Assembly: GCF_000315625.1 (NCBI RefSeq)
Contig: NW_005434532.1
Coordinates: 99,517 to 163,516, forward strand
DNA: 64,000 bases
Direction of reading: 5' to 3'
Origin: Guillardia theta CCMP2712
Lineage: Eukaryota; Protista; Cryptophyta
In this document: piece by piece, positions 1 through 12,727 of the stretch
Position numbering within the stretch: position 1 is the stretch's first letter
Layout of the letters: the number at the start of each line of letters is the position of its first letter
The notes under the pieces: generated by a model
The model's database searches: none
Told to the model about the DNA's origin: nothing
The model's input: only the letters and a program-made list of their open reading frames with translations
Position numbers and translations under genes: made by a program

Positions 1-272
1 GACGATGCTAGTGTAAGGTACCTTGTACATGATTGATGGGTTCTCCAGGAAGGATTTAATCTTGTCATATCTGCAGGAAGCAAGCGTGAGCGCATGGGGG
101 AGAGGGAGCGATGGCAGCCACAAGAGGAAGAGCACGAACACGAGCACAAGGGTGGGAGCGACGAGCAGAGGACATGTTCGTACTTGAAGTTGATATGGTC
201 AAGGAAGAGAGGCTCGGCCGGAGCGAGGCGGAAGGAGGAGACTTTGTCCTGCGTGCACTGTTTAGTAGGATA

Positions 273-318
<46 letters not shown>

Positions 319-3300
319 TCAGGACGAGGACTAGGGTGTCTTTCACCTTGCCGGGAAGTGGCACTCCCCTGAACACTCCTTCAATGCTCTTACGGTGGTC
401 CAGACCTGACAGAAGAGTGAGATGCCGCGACCGACTGCTCTCTATGCAGAGGAGCAGAGCGAGGAGGAGGACGAGGAAAAGGAGAGTGAGGAGGAGAAGG
501 GGGAGGGAGAAGAGAGAGGAGGAGGAGCGGTGTTAACGTACCAGCCTGAATGATGAGGATGGATAGTCCGATCATTTTACGGATCTGATGATACATGAAG
601 CCCTTGCCCTGCGTCATGGTTATGCTGTCGCCAAGATACCAGATAGTTGTCTTCCTTGTTCAAAACAGGAGGAGGAGGATGTGAAGAATGTAGAGAAAGG
701 AGGGTGGAGGGGGGGCTGGAGGAGGAGGTGAGAAGGAGGAGAAGGGAGGAGAGGAGGTGAAGAGGTGAAGAGGGAGAGGGAGGATACCTCAACTTCAATG
801 ACTGCGTATTCAATGTTGTTGTTGTAAACAAGCTCCTTGATCTTGAACGATGAGACTTCTCGGGTGGTCTGAAGATTCAGTGTCATGAGAGATTAGCAAG
901 AAAGGGAGGAAAACGATACAAACAACCAAAAACAAGGGAGGAAGGGTAAGGCGAACAAACCGTGAGAAGAAATGAGACAAGGAAAGGCAAAGAGGAAGAA
1001 ATCAGCGAGATGTCAACACAACAAGAGCGGTAAAGCATCCAGACTACAAGAGCAGTAATCATGTCAACCTCCTTGTATTTGTCTGCCTTCGCCTCGTCCG
1101 TGAAGGCTACGAAGTTGTCCTTACGTTGGAAACAGCTCAAGACCTGCAGGAGAGAAACAGTGAGAGATCAGACAGCAAGACAGAGGATGAAGACGAAGAA
1201 AACATGCAGGTGAGCGCAGAAACAGGTAAAGTTTGCTCCTTCTCTCTCTTCCTCACCTGTTGCACGTGCTCCAACTCCTCCGCTGTCAGTCGAGCTGTCC
1301 TCATTCGCGCATACAGCTGTTGCGAATTGGCAGCGACCTCCCGCTGGAGGGGGGCGAGAGCGAAGGCGGGGATGATGTACTGGTAGGTGCGACTGCCGAC
1401 CAGTCAGAAGATAGATGAAAGAGGAGGAGGGGGAGTAGGAGGAGGAGGAACAAGGGGAGAGGAGGGGAACCAAGAAAAAGAGGCTATTACCTCCTGATGA
1501 AATAAGGAGTATACAACCACATAGTGTCTAATTGTGTGTCGAGCTTTGAGCCTGGATCGATCTGACGCATCGCTATGACTTCGACTTGTTGTTGCTTCGC
1601 CTTCATGGAACTTTACATGGCATGTCAATGTCAGCATCTTCAAACCCCTGCCTCTCCCTTCCCCTCCCTTCCATATTCCCGCTCTCTACATCTCCTCCTC
1701 CCTTCTTCTCTCCTCCCCCTCCCACTTCCTTCCTCTTTGATCGCTTCTTTTCTGCGATCTTCTTACCGATTCAACTTTGCGATGAATGCTGCGATTGGAC
1801 TCTGACATTGAATCTTCTTCATGGTCACAACAACCTGCACAGTACGATCAGCTCCTTCACCACAAGACGTCTCTCCGGCCCCCTTGCTCTTGACTCATCA
1901 GCCAGCATCCTCCTCCTCCTCTTCCAACTCCACAACAACCACCATCACCACCACCACCACCTTCTTCTCCTCCTCCTCCTCCTCCTCCTTCTCCTCCTCC
2001 TCCTCCTCCTCCTCCCCAGCCCGCCCCCTCCCCCCGCCTCCCACCTCTCTCTCCTCCCTTACCAGAGACTGCGCGGCGTGCACTCCTTTGTCTGTCCTAC
2101 TGGCGATAAGAAACTCTTCGACCCGATCCTCTTCGATCGCTCCCAGCAAGACCCTGAAGAGCAAGAAGAGTGAGAAATGTCCTGTTGTGTGACCAAGACT
2201 ACACGTAGTTGAAGGCAGAGGAAGAAGACAAGACAGAAGGTAAGACTTCAAGAGATAGCGAGAAGGGAGGAAAGGACAGGGAGAAGAGATAGGGGAGGAG
2301 GGAGAAAGAAGAGGAGTGGAATGTAGCTAGGAAGGATACGCACATGTGCTCAACCAAACATTGCTGCACCGTTGGCCCGTACGGGTTCCTTTGAATCCCA
2401 AGAAATTTATGTCCGAGGTAGGAAAGGTTGACTAGACACTGAGATGCAAAGTGAGAAGTAAGAGGAGAAGAAGACGAAAATGTCGTGTGATACAGCACGT
2501 GGAATGAGCCGAGGGATTTGAGAAGAGGAGGGGAAGGAGCAGGTGCAGGACGAGATGAAAAGGAAGAGGAGGATGAAGGGGGGAGGGGAAGGCAAAAGAG
2601 GAGTCCAAACCTTGACGTAGGTATCCTCAAATTCGACGGGGGTGGCAAGAAGTTCAGTTTCGAACTCCTGTTGGTCAGAGATCAGGACAGACTAGACCAA
2701 TAAGAAGAGGAAAGTTGAGAAAAGTTGAGAGGGAGGTCGAGAATCAAGGATAGGATCAAGAGAGAGAAAGGAGTGATTCAGTAAATGGGAGGAGGGAGAG
2801 GGGGTCAGAGAGGAGGAGGGAGGAGGAGCTTAGTCGTAGGCTCTTACCACACTGCCTTCCGGCGAGAAGCGAAACTCGGTCTCGCAGCAACTCTGTTGGC
2901 AAGAGGAGAAAGGTGAGCACCAACAGCAAGCTCCACAACCACAACCACTGACACAAGCACTGACACAGAACCACAACCTCCTCCTTCTCACCCATCTTGA
3001 CGAGGTGCAATCTCCCGTCGTAGACGTCTCGCTTGGCACGCTGACCTCGGACCCATCGACACTGGACTGATACCGCAACGTCAAACCCTTCCTCCTCTCC
3101 CCGACTGCGCTTACCAGCTCCTCTCTCTCTTCCTCCCCCCAATACGCTGCGTCCTCGTACTCCTCGTACTCCTCGTACTCCGCATACTGCTCGTACTCCG
3201 CATACTGCTCGTAGCTCTTGTCCTCGAATTCCTGTCGATGCTCCTCGCACAAGTTGTCTTGCAATGAGGGGAAATTGTATGCGTTCGCTTGCAGCTCTCG

Positions 3301-4707
3301 ATTCACGGGAAAAGGGCCCGGCAGGTAGTCAGACCCGACCCCAGCGGCGAAAGAGCTGACAGGGGGGAATGCAGCTGGGGTAAGATCTATGGTGCAATCG
3401 TCATCTGAGGCAGCAGTGCGTGAAACAGGCGGAGCTGGAGGGGAGCTGGAGAATGGAGGCGACGGAAAGGGCTCAGACTTCTGAACTCCCCTCATTCGAT
3501 TCCAGGTCGACGACTCCCGGGAAGTCACAGCAGAGAGAGATGGCCATGCATCCTCTGAGGAGACGGGTGGAGGAGAAGGGTCTGACTGTGCTGGCAGCGC
3601 CGGAGGAGCAGCGGTCCTAGCCTCGACCTGTACCACTGTCGCCGCATACGAGCTCCTTGGAGGGGATGAAGTAGGGGAGACAGAGCGCGGGAGAGGAGGA
3701 GCAGAGACGGAGCTTGGGGGAGGAGGAGCAGGATCAAGCCTGCTGGAAGGAGGAGAGGAAACGAGGCGGTTGTCACCAGGCTGAGTCCGTGGAGGCCAGG
3801 AAGGAACGCGGAAGGCTGGGCCATCATATCCAACTGAGATCGGCATGACGTCGGTGCTGAAGGTCTCGGGAGGCAAATGAAGGTGAAGTAGATCGAATTC
3901 GTTGTGCTCCAGGCGAACGAGCAGTGGGGTGTAGCTGTTCCCCCGCTCGGTGGGATAGAACTTTAAGAGAGTCTGCGATACCATCAGGAGGGGATGCTGG
4001 CAATAAAAGATAAGTTCAGACCTCCCTGTCTTGTTCCAACAACATTCTTGCCCCTTTGAGTGTGATGCGGTTATGTGACAGGTGTACCTCGGTAATAGTT
4101 CCCTCGCAGAAGATGAGCAGGCTTAGAAGCTGAGCATGAATGCAATCAGTTGAAGGATCTAGAGTTGTGTTTTACCTCTGGCATGACTGCATCCGTCAAA
4201 TTGAGATGGTGAAGGTAAAGTCTGTAAACGTCTACGAGTTGTTGTTCGACAGCCTGCCAAGGTCAGGTCACTTATGGTTATCATAATAACACCCTCCTGG
4301 CTTGACTGTTGTACCTCTCGCAACGCATGAAGGATTGAGATCACATCAATGTCTCTCGCATTTTTGCAGAATTGCAGTTTGAGGCTCAACCTGTACGTCC
4401 TGCGTTTGGGTCTTGATTGGGTGTATGCATGCTTGATACACGGGAGAAGCTGTTGATGAGAACAAAGTCAGCCTCGCGTTTCGCAGCCCCGCCTTCTCTT
4501 GCTTCTTCTTGGACTCACATGCCTCGATGCTTGTCGGAGATCTGCATCTGTTGCATTGCTATGAGTTGGGGCCAAAACTAACTCGCTGGGGTTGTTGGTA
4601 GCTTCACGTTTCCAATACGAAGAGTGTTGGTACATTTTAGGAGATTCTGTGGACTTAAGGTGTCGATAAGGTGTTTCTGGGATGCTGGAATAAGCGTGTG
4701 AGGCCAT
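1..4707 (-). CDS. tRNA pseudouridine synthase (TruA/PUS1 family) with N-terminal RNI-like LRR and Pro/Ser-rich linker; multi-exon, 3' end runs off the window
   Basis: Spliced exons give LSYLGHKFLGIQRNPYGPTVQQCL, SRTDKGVHA (catalytic Asp), GKGFMYHQIRKMIG and LAPAEPLFLDHINF. Upstream exons give ITEVHLSHNRITLKGA and YP...PLLVRLEHN. The TruA part is high confidence; the start codon is uncertain. Confidence 0.85.
272..330 (+). repeat. (GACGAG)n microsatellite in intron
   Basis: Visible tandem hexamers. Confidence 0.9.
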
Positions 4708-6049
4708 AACAAATCAAAAACTCATTGAAGAAAAACCAAAGACGCGGAAATGTGCAGAAACAGAAACAATAATGCTCGAAAAATGACAACAACGAATCGA
4801 GATACGAATTGGGAGAGCAGAAGGAATAGGAGCGATTGAACTTTCAAGAGGATCAAAACTAATTTGGAAGGAAGATTTCGAACCAGATGAGAAAATGAGG
4901 AAGAAAGTCAAGATGGAATCAGGGATTTCAACAATTTCGAGGCAGAGGACATTGCACCAGGAACTGCCTCTGAGATCGAGGAGGAGGAGGAGGAGGAGGA
5001 GGAGGAGGAGGAGGAGGTTGTCAGTGCGATGCAGGGCATTGAACTCGAAGAGTATATCAAAGAGAGTCATGCAAGACAGGGAGAGGAGGAGGAGGAGGTG
5101 ATAAGGCGAGCGGGGGAACAGCACAGGACAAGGCGTGTTGTGCTGGGCATGGGGGGGAAACTGTATGTACGATTCGGTATCCAGACCCTCTAAAGGGAAA
5201 GAGAGTTCTGAAAAGGGGGGGTAGGGTGGTCATGGGGCGGGTGGGTTGACCACAGCGTATGTTTCAAGCTGCCAACAGGGGGTAGCAAGATGCGTACTGC
5301 CTAATTCAGGGGGGTGGGGGTTAATTTGGGTTCTTGGTATAGTGTCTCTTTGGTCAAGGGTAAGCGGTATGGTGATAAATAGATAGGCATATAACATTGA
5401 TTTAACGAGATGAAGATATGCTATCTGGAACAGAAAGCAGAAGGTAGGAAAACGATGATTGAAGAGGTAGATCATAGGGGGGTAGGGTAGGGCTTGGGGG
5501 TGGTACATGTCGAAATGTTTGCTGGAAGGCTGGTGCAGCATGGCGATTGGTTCACCCACGAACCTGCTTTACGAAAGAATAGGGTAGGGTACTACAATAA
5601 GGGTTACAATCAATGGGAAAAGTAGGGGTACATTTGAGAAAACAAGCACATGGTTGGCAGGGTAGGGTGGAGCTTGTATTAAGTTGGTCCACCACTAGAG
5701 TACCGGTACTTCGCCAGGGTAGTACAAAAAGTTGCATGCCCATCGCAAGGGTTCCGAATAAGTCGTACAGGGTAGGGTAGTCTTGGACCACTAATGACCC
5801 CTTGAGTACCCCTTTGGGAGACATTTTTGTACTGCAAAAGACGAGTATGGGTAGGTAGTGTAGGGCATTAAAATGCAAAGCGAGCTCATGGGGTGGGTAC
5901 TTGCCTTAAGGGGCGAAAGATGAGTAAACTTAAGTACCGAAGCCGTACTGAATCACGGGATTTGATGTCATTTTTAGAGTCATTGTTTTACGATGTTGAA
6001 TTCGTCTCTAATAATACCACTCAGACCGGTAGTAAAAAGTTAACCGTAA

Positions 6050-6120
6050 AAGCACTAGTGATGGCCCGGCCCGGCAGTGCCGGCGGTGGTGGCCGGGCCA
6101 CCTGCAGAACCAGATTTCGC
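6050..6120. promoter_or_regulatory. Short CCGG-rich island between divergent genes
   Basis: ggcccggcccggc...gccggcggtggtggccgggcc lies between a minus gene (<=4707) and a plus gene (>=6900). Confidence 0.4.
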
Positions 6121-6904
6121 GCAATGGGTCTCCATCCCTCATCATTGTGGACGACTCTTCGAATTTATGTCAAATCACATCAAATTCTGCTTATATCATT
6201 CAAACTTTTAAAAAACAATTTAAATTTTATCTTCTCCTTGGAAAATAATTCTATTTGTCAAGCTTCGTTTGGAGAATTGGGCACATGCCTCTAGACGGAG
6301 GGGTCATATTGACTGTACTTGGGAGGGTACATGGTACATGGAGATCCACGGGTGGTTATTAAGAGGGTCGATGGGGTAGGGTTCTCCAATAGCGGCGTGG
6401 CTCTTCGCGATGGTGCAGGCCGAACATTGTGAGGGCTACGGCGCTGTGCCGGGCATGTCGAGAAGAAAAATGGTGGGAGAAGGAGAGCAGAAGATGGATG
6501 AGAAGAGAGTGGTAAGTTACATTGTTATTTAAACTCTTCTTCTCTTGTTTTTTCATGATGAACTTGTAATGGCTGCGGTTGATGGAATGGTTATTTCTGG
6601 TGAATTGAGGTCAAAGTGCGGTTTTGTTTAGTAGTATGCTCAGATGTTTTGATGAATTATGCCTATTCATTGTCATGAGAACAATTTTTTGCTGTTTTCG
6701 TTGAAACAACACTTACGGCCCTGTGGGTCGCATGGAGGTGACGTGGTGATTGTTGTGGGTTTGTGTGAATTTTGTTTTCATGTTTGACTGGATGATTAAT
6801 GGTGGTCATTTTACATGCAACATGTTACACCATTCTGATGTGTTTGCTCTGAAACTTGACTCTACTGATGTGATACTGGTTACCGCGCTTGACTGTGCAT
6901 GGCA

Positions 6905-7597
6905 GGGAGTCACCAGGATTGCAGCTGTCATGGCCATTGCTCTCACCGCCGTCATCTGTGTTGGCGTCTTCTCCCGCCACATGGGAGCAACTTCCCTTGA
7001 GGCCACCAAGCTCCGTGCTGACTCCAACTTCGACGTGGCCGATGCCATCTTGAAGAGCGCGGGGGTCAAGGACAAAGAAGGTTCTATCCCTGCCTCCATC
7101 GCCGCGCTGGCTGCGCAGGCGGCCAAGGAGAAGGAGACGGGAAGGCTGTCAGCCACTGTCGAGCTCCCTCAGATCCCCAAGAAGATCGCGGCCATGGCGG
7201 CTGAGGCCAAGAGGGAGATCATGATCGAGCGATCTGTGGATCGCAAGAAGAAGCAGCAGAAGGAGGCGAAGAAACTTGCTGAGGAGAAGAAGGAGAAGGC
7301 CGAGAAGGAGGAGGAGGCTGCTGCCAAGCATGCCAAGGCTGCCAAGAAGCATGCTGCTGCAGAGAAGACCAAGGCTACCGGTAAGGGCATTGAGAGGGAG
7401 TTTGAGAGGGAGATGGTGGAACGGAGGGAAGCGGGCAGGGCGTGTGGGAGTGGTGGAGGATGAAGAACTGATGTTTCTGCTCAGTTCATGACGTCAAGAA
7501 GATGGCGGCCAAGGCCAAGTTGGCGGCCAAGCATGCCGCTGCTGCTGACGCCCATGGCAGCAACAAGCTTTTCAAGCGCATTTTTTCGAAGAAGTAG
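6905..7597 (+). CDS. Hypothetical Ala/Lys/Glu-rich protein with N-terminal hydrophobic (TM/signal) segment
   Basis: ORF IAAVMAIALTAVICVGVF...KKQQKEAKKLAEEKK; intron from ~7381 (gtaag) to 7483 (ctcag); last exon ends KLFKRIFSKK*. First exon not located. Confidence 0.7.
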
Positions 7598-7671
7598 AGA
7601 TTCTAGAGAGATCTATTCTTGCCTTGTCACGTTCACATTGCTATAAAGAACCAATTCCTTCCGTGCTGATA

Positions 7672-10173
7672 TTACAACATCGAAGCCAAGGCTCGGAGGA
7701 TCCCCTCCCCTGTTCGATCAGATGTCAGTAGCGAGTGGCAGCAGCCACGAGGGTGAAGAACAAACTCAGACCTTGGGTGTCTTGCCTCGTAAACATCTCG
7801 TCCATCATTCTCTCCATGTGCTGTCTCGCATGTCAGCTCAGCGATGAACACTGCTGTGACCACCAGCATCGCTCGCCCAAGCTCTCCGTCCTCCTCGTTC
7901 GCCTCTGCTTCCTCCTGTCACCTTCAACCGGCCAAGTCTCCTTCACCTCTCTTCCGGCAAGATGCGACGAAGCAAGACTCGCGGGCGGGAACGAAGGCTT
8001 GTTCCTCCTCGCGACCTCGCCTGTGAAGCAGATGAGGACAAGATACGGCAGGAGAGGACAGGAGACGACCTGAGCTCCAGCAGCGCCGATGTCAAGTCTG
8101 TCGAGTCCCGGCAAGCCCAGGTGTCACACGAGCAGCACGAGAGGAGCAACTGCCTCACCCTCCGCCATCTCGTCGCCTCCATGCTCAAGGCAGAGCTCTC
8201 GTGCTGCCCGGCAAGTCAGCAAGGAGGAGAAGCCAAGGGGGCAGGAGACCCGAAGCCGCAAACTCATCCAGCTGAGCGAGAGGAGAGGATCTGCTGAGGG
8301 CAGCACTGCAACAGAGCTCGAAGAAGGCAACGAGGAGGAGGAGAGCTACCGGCTCGCGACCTTGAATCGCTCCTGCTCCAGTGATCACCCAACCAGCTCG
8401 CATGCGCTCACATGCTACCTTGTCGCTGTCGGGCAGGACAGCATAGAGGGACTGCGCAGACGTGAGGAGCAATCGGGGAGGAGGATGAGAACGTTACAGC
8501 CAAGGCCTTGGCTGCTCCGCTCTTGACCCGCTCCCCCTGCTGCATCCAATGAGAAAGGAGTGGATGGTCAGTGGGAGGAGCAAACAGCAGTCCCGTCGAC
8601 TTCGTGCTCGAGCAGCTGCCACCGACAGACGTGAGAAGGGAGGAGGAGGAAGCAGGTCAACTGACTTCCGTCTCAGTCACTTGCCAGCGAGACGAGGAGG
8701 AGGCGAGACGATGTGCTCGACGAGTGTGTGAGATGCTGATAAATCTTCCACCTGCCAGCACAAGCTCAGCAGGTGGCGGTGGGTGCCGAGAGGAGGAGCC
8801 GGACTTGGAGGAGAAAGAAGGAAAGAATCAAGATGAGGATACAGGAAGGAGGGAGGAGGAAAGAGGAGAAAGGGGAGGGGGAAGGGAGGGGGAAGGGAGG
8901 GGGAAGGGAGGGGAGGGAGGGGAGGGGGAAGGGAGGGGGAAGGGAGGGGAGGGGGAAGGGAGGGGAGGGAGAGAGGAGGGGAGGGGACGCAACCAGGTTT
9001 GAGCGCATTGAGAGCATGTAAGCAAGCAGACGTGAAGTTTGACTCGCTCTGTCCCCCGCACAAGATTGTGTCAAGAGTTGCTTTTTCGACGACCAGGTCG
9101 AAGCTGGACGTCAGCTGGTCAGACCCGCGCCTTGTCAAACCTCCTCACCTCTCCCTCCGTACTGGCAGGCGCAGGAACCTGAGGAGAGTGAGCTGGGGGG
9201 TGCAGTAGGGCCCTGAAGTCTCACCCGCTCCTCCTCGTTCTCGCTGCCTGGAGCACCGCGATAGGGGAGAAGTCAAGGCTGATCACTCGACAACCCATCC
9301 CCTCCAACGCGCTGATGAGACAAGCCGAGTCAGGTAGACGAGGCGCAGCCAAGGTAACGCATGTAGGAGGAAGAGGGAAAACGAAGAAGAGGAGGGAGGA
9401 GACAGGAGGGAAGGAAGTGACAGCAGGAAGGAGGGAGGAAAGAAGGAGGGAGAAAGGAAGGAGTTCACGACGGAACAAGAAGCTAAGAGGAACAACAACA
9501 CGGAGAGAGTGGTAGGGAATCAGCAATGTAGGAGAAGGAGAAAGTGATGAGAGGCTTGTTCTTACCTCCCAAGATCCGATAACCCGCAGCCAAGCTCGAG
9601 CACAAGAAGACCCGCACCCTTCTCCTCCTGCATGATGTGCTTGGCAATCGCCTGCCCTGAGCTGTACCAGTCCCTCGTGTAGACTTCCTGCTCGCACACT
9701 TATCAGCTCCTCCACCACCTCCTACTCCTACTCCTCCTGTCCCTTCCCTTCTCCTCCTCCTCCTGTCCCTTCCCTTCTCCTCCTCTCACTCCCACTCCTC
9801 CTCCTCCTCTCGTTCTCACCGCGAACTTCATCGGGTTCCCATAGTAGGAGTTCCAGTACCTCCTTCCTCCCCCGAAGCGATGGATCTTCGCGTCCTCCTC
9901 CCTCCTCCGCACCTGGCCAGCAGCTGAGGGTCGAGCTCAGCAAGGAGTCAATACCTTGTCTGCCGCCTCTGCACGCTCCTCCTCCCACTCTTCTCTCCAT
10001 TGAGGGAGTGAGAGACCCTTTGGGCCCACGTGCCCGTCCTGCGTCCCCGTCTGGGCCTGCACCTGCTCCTGCTCTCCCTCGACCTGGTTGATGTCTCGAG
10101 GACGGACGGAGAGGAGACGGTCTCCCTCCTCTTGTGCATCGAAGGAGCTGTAGAGACATGAGGAGAATGAGAA

Positions 10174-10205
<32 letters not shown>

Positions 10206-10725
10206 AGGGGCAGGAGCAGGGGCAGGAGCAAGGAGAACCTTTGAAAGGAAAATGAGGCGCCTCTTCCATCCTGCACAAGCTTGAGCACGCAGCATACAGA
10301 ACGAGGCACCGGGTACCGTGGGCTGCTGCTCGAGGGGAAGGGGGGCAAGGGAAGGAGGGGAGGAGGAGGAGGAGCCGATGTCTCTCGGTCGAGCAACCAT
10401 CTCCCTGCCTCCTTCCTGCAGGCGCGTGAGCATCGCAGGCGAGAGCAGGAGACTCCGCTGCTACCTCCACCGTTGAGGAGTGTGTGACTGAAGAAGTTCC
10501 CGTCGAGTGGCTGGGCATGCTGGTGTAGAGTGAGCGAAGATGGCAGCTGAGGAGGTCAGAGCATGCTGCCTTGCCCTGCCCTCCCTGCCTCCAACCTCCA
10601 CCTCCCTGCTCTCCTACTCCCAGTTCCTGCTCTCCTCGCCTTCTTCTTTTTGAGCTGCCTCTACCTCCCTCGCCGTCTACCAACTTGTCTACCCTCCTCC
10701 TCCCCTCCCTCCCTACCTCCTCCAC
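7672..10725 (-). CDS. Class I SAM-dependent methyltransferase, METTL13/EEF1AKMT4-like; multi-exon
   Basis: Exons RRYWNSYY, GCRVISLDFSPIAV and SSFDLVVEKATLDTILCG...LKPG. Both ends are approximate; the 5' end is near the gap. Confidence 0.7.
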
Positions 10726-10874
10726 CTCCTCCCCTACCTCCCTACCTCCTCCACCTCCACCCCTCGCCGGGCCTCTGCCACTCGAGTGATCTCCTTCCGT
10801 CTGCGCTATGATGTCAGGAGAGTGGGAGGGGGGGGGGGGGAGGGGGGGGGGGGGGAGGGGCGGAGGCGACGTGG

Positions 10875-10974
10875 NNNNNNNNNNNNNNNNNNNNNNNNNN
10901 NNNNNNNNNNNNNNNNNNNNNNNNNNNNNNNNNNNNNNNNNNNNNNNNNNNNNNNNNNNNNNNNNNNNNNNNNN
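10875..10974. other. Assembly gap (100 N)
   Basis: Run of N next to poly-G. Confidence 1.
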
Positions 10975-11409
10975 AAACCTTCAGGCCTTTGTCGGCGCAA
11001 GGAGCAGCTCCTCAAGCGGCCATAATCCTGGCAGGGGCTTGGCATTTGCACAAGGGGAGGAATTGGGAAAGATTCTATCCAGTAACAGCCCGGGAGGGTG
11101 AGGGAGAGGAGGACGGAGGAGTTGTGAAGGAGGGTCGAGCCAGAAGGGACAACATGACATGTAGGAGCAGGAGCAGGAGCAGGAGCAGGAGGACTGAGTC
11201 CTCCTGAGAATGATTGTGGACTGTAAGCCATGAGTACGAGGTGAAACATGCGAAGAGAGCAAGCATTGAACAGGCAGTGGCAGGTATGAGTGAGAGAGGA
11301 GGAGTAGCTGGACTGGAGCTTTTGATTAACAAATGTTAAGAGATGAGCCATGGACTAGTCTGCAGCAGGTAAGACAACAAGTTGAGTTTCTTGACTGTTC
11401 TGCCCATCA

Positions 11410-12727
11410 TTACAGCTTCGGTAGGCCGGCAGACCTGAGGGCTCTGCTTGTCAGGAAGGGGAGGGAGCAAGAGCAAGGAGAGGAGAGAAGGAAGGAAGGG
11501 GGGTGTGACAATCAGGAGGAGAGGGGCAGGGCATGCTCAGAGGCGGAAGAGAAAGGAAGGGAGCAAGGGGACGGGGGGTGGATGCAAAGAATGGGAGGAA
11601 GAGCTGAAGAAGGAAGAGCCTGAGGGGAGGAGCTGACCCTAGCGCGCTGTTGATCTGAGGCTTCACTTGAGGCCAGTACTTCTTCCTAATCTCGGGCATC
11701 GCGCCGTAGGCGAAGACGCACGCGAGCGTTCCGACAGTCGCGCCGACGGCCATGTGACCGAAGAGACCCTTGCCTTGGAGAAGAGGGTAAGATGAGGAAA
11801 CAACCTCCTCTAGAGCATCTCACCTGCCATGCTGCGACCAGAGACCAGAGACGCCAGCTGGAGGAGAGTTGATCAGTCAGGAGAATCGCATGCTCTTGCC
11901 CATCACCATTCCTGCAGCGACGAAGTCGTTCTGCTTCTGCAGATTTTGATTCTAGAAGCCAAACAATGAGCTGGCAAGGTCGACATTCGCTCCATGTACC
12001 TGAGTGATTCTGTAGGCGCGATCATCGACCCCATCAACGGTCAAAGGAACGCCATTGCGCATCTTCGTTCCTGCGAACTGAAGGGATCCATCAGCTCCAC
12101 GCCTCCCGGAGCCTACGGACTACCGCTAGGACGGTGATCGCTCCTGCGCCAAACAAATAGCCTCCGACAAAAAAGGACCTTGACAGGTTCATGTCAGGCA
12201 AGCATCGTCGACAAGCTTGCGTGCTTCTCACCCTCCAACCCTTGGCATGACTACAGAGAAGAGCTTCTCTTTTCTGCCCTTCTGCATCCTAACGATCAAG
12301 TCAGACACTTGAGCACGGAGATCAGATCTTTGGGCCTGTACCATCGCAGTGGAGCAATGATGCCACACGCTAGAATAGATCCGACCTTCAACACACAGTC
12401 GTCATGTCAACGCACAGGCGTCAGGAGCCAAGATGTCCGCATTTGATGTCAAGAGAAAAGAAAACTCCTCGAGCAGTTGAACTCATACCTGTGCTGTGCG
12501 AAATCCAACATGGTTGACGAACACAGCACCTGATTGCGTTGAATACCGAGACATCTCCACATGCCCGACACTCACCTGGATATTCCGGCATGTTCGGATC
12601 AGTATACTTCGATCTGTCTACTTTCCTACAATTGAGAATGCAAGTAAGATCAACCTCAAGCTGACGTTCAGTGCAAAACCAACCTGCGAGGATCAACCGC
12701 TGCAAGCCTATCAACTCCTGTGGACAT
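11410..12727 (-). CDS. DUF1757-like small membrane protein
   Basis: Spliced MSTGVDRLAAVDPRRKVDRSKYTDPNMPEYP...FVNHVGFRT...DGVDDRAYRITQ/NQNLQKQNDFVAAG...MAVGATVGTLACVFAYG...SAGLPKL*. The DRxYR motif is recalled from DUF1757. Confidence 0.6.

Noticed and set aside
5230-6294. Possible retroelement/RT ORFs
   Set aside because: No RT, integrase or transposase motifs, LTRs or TIRs recognised
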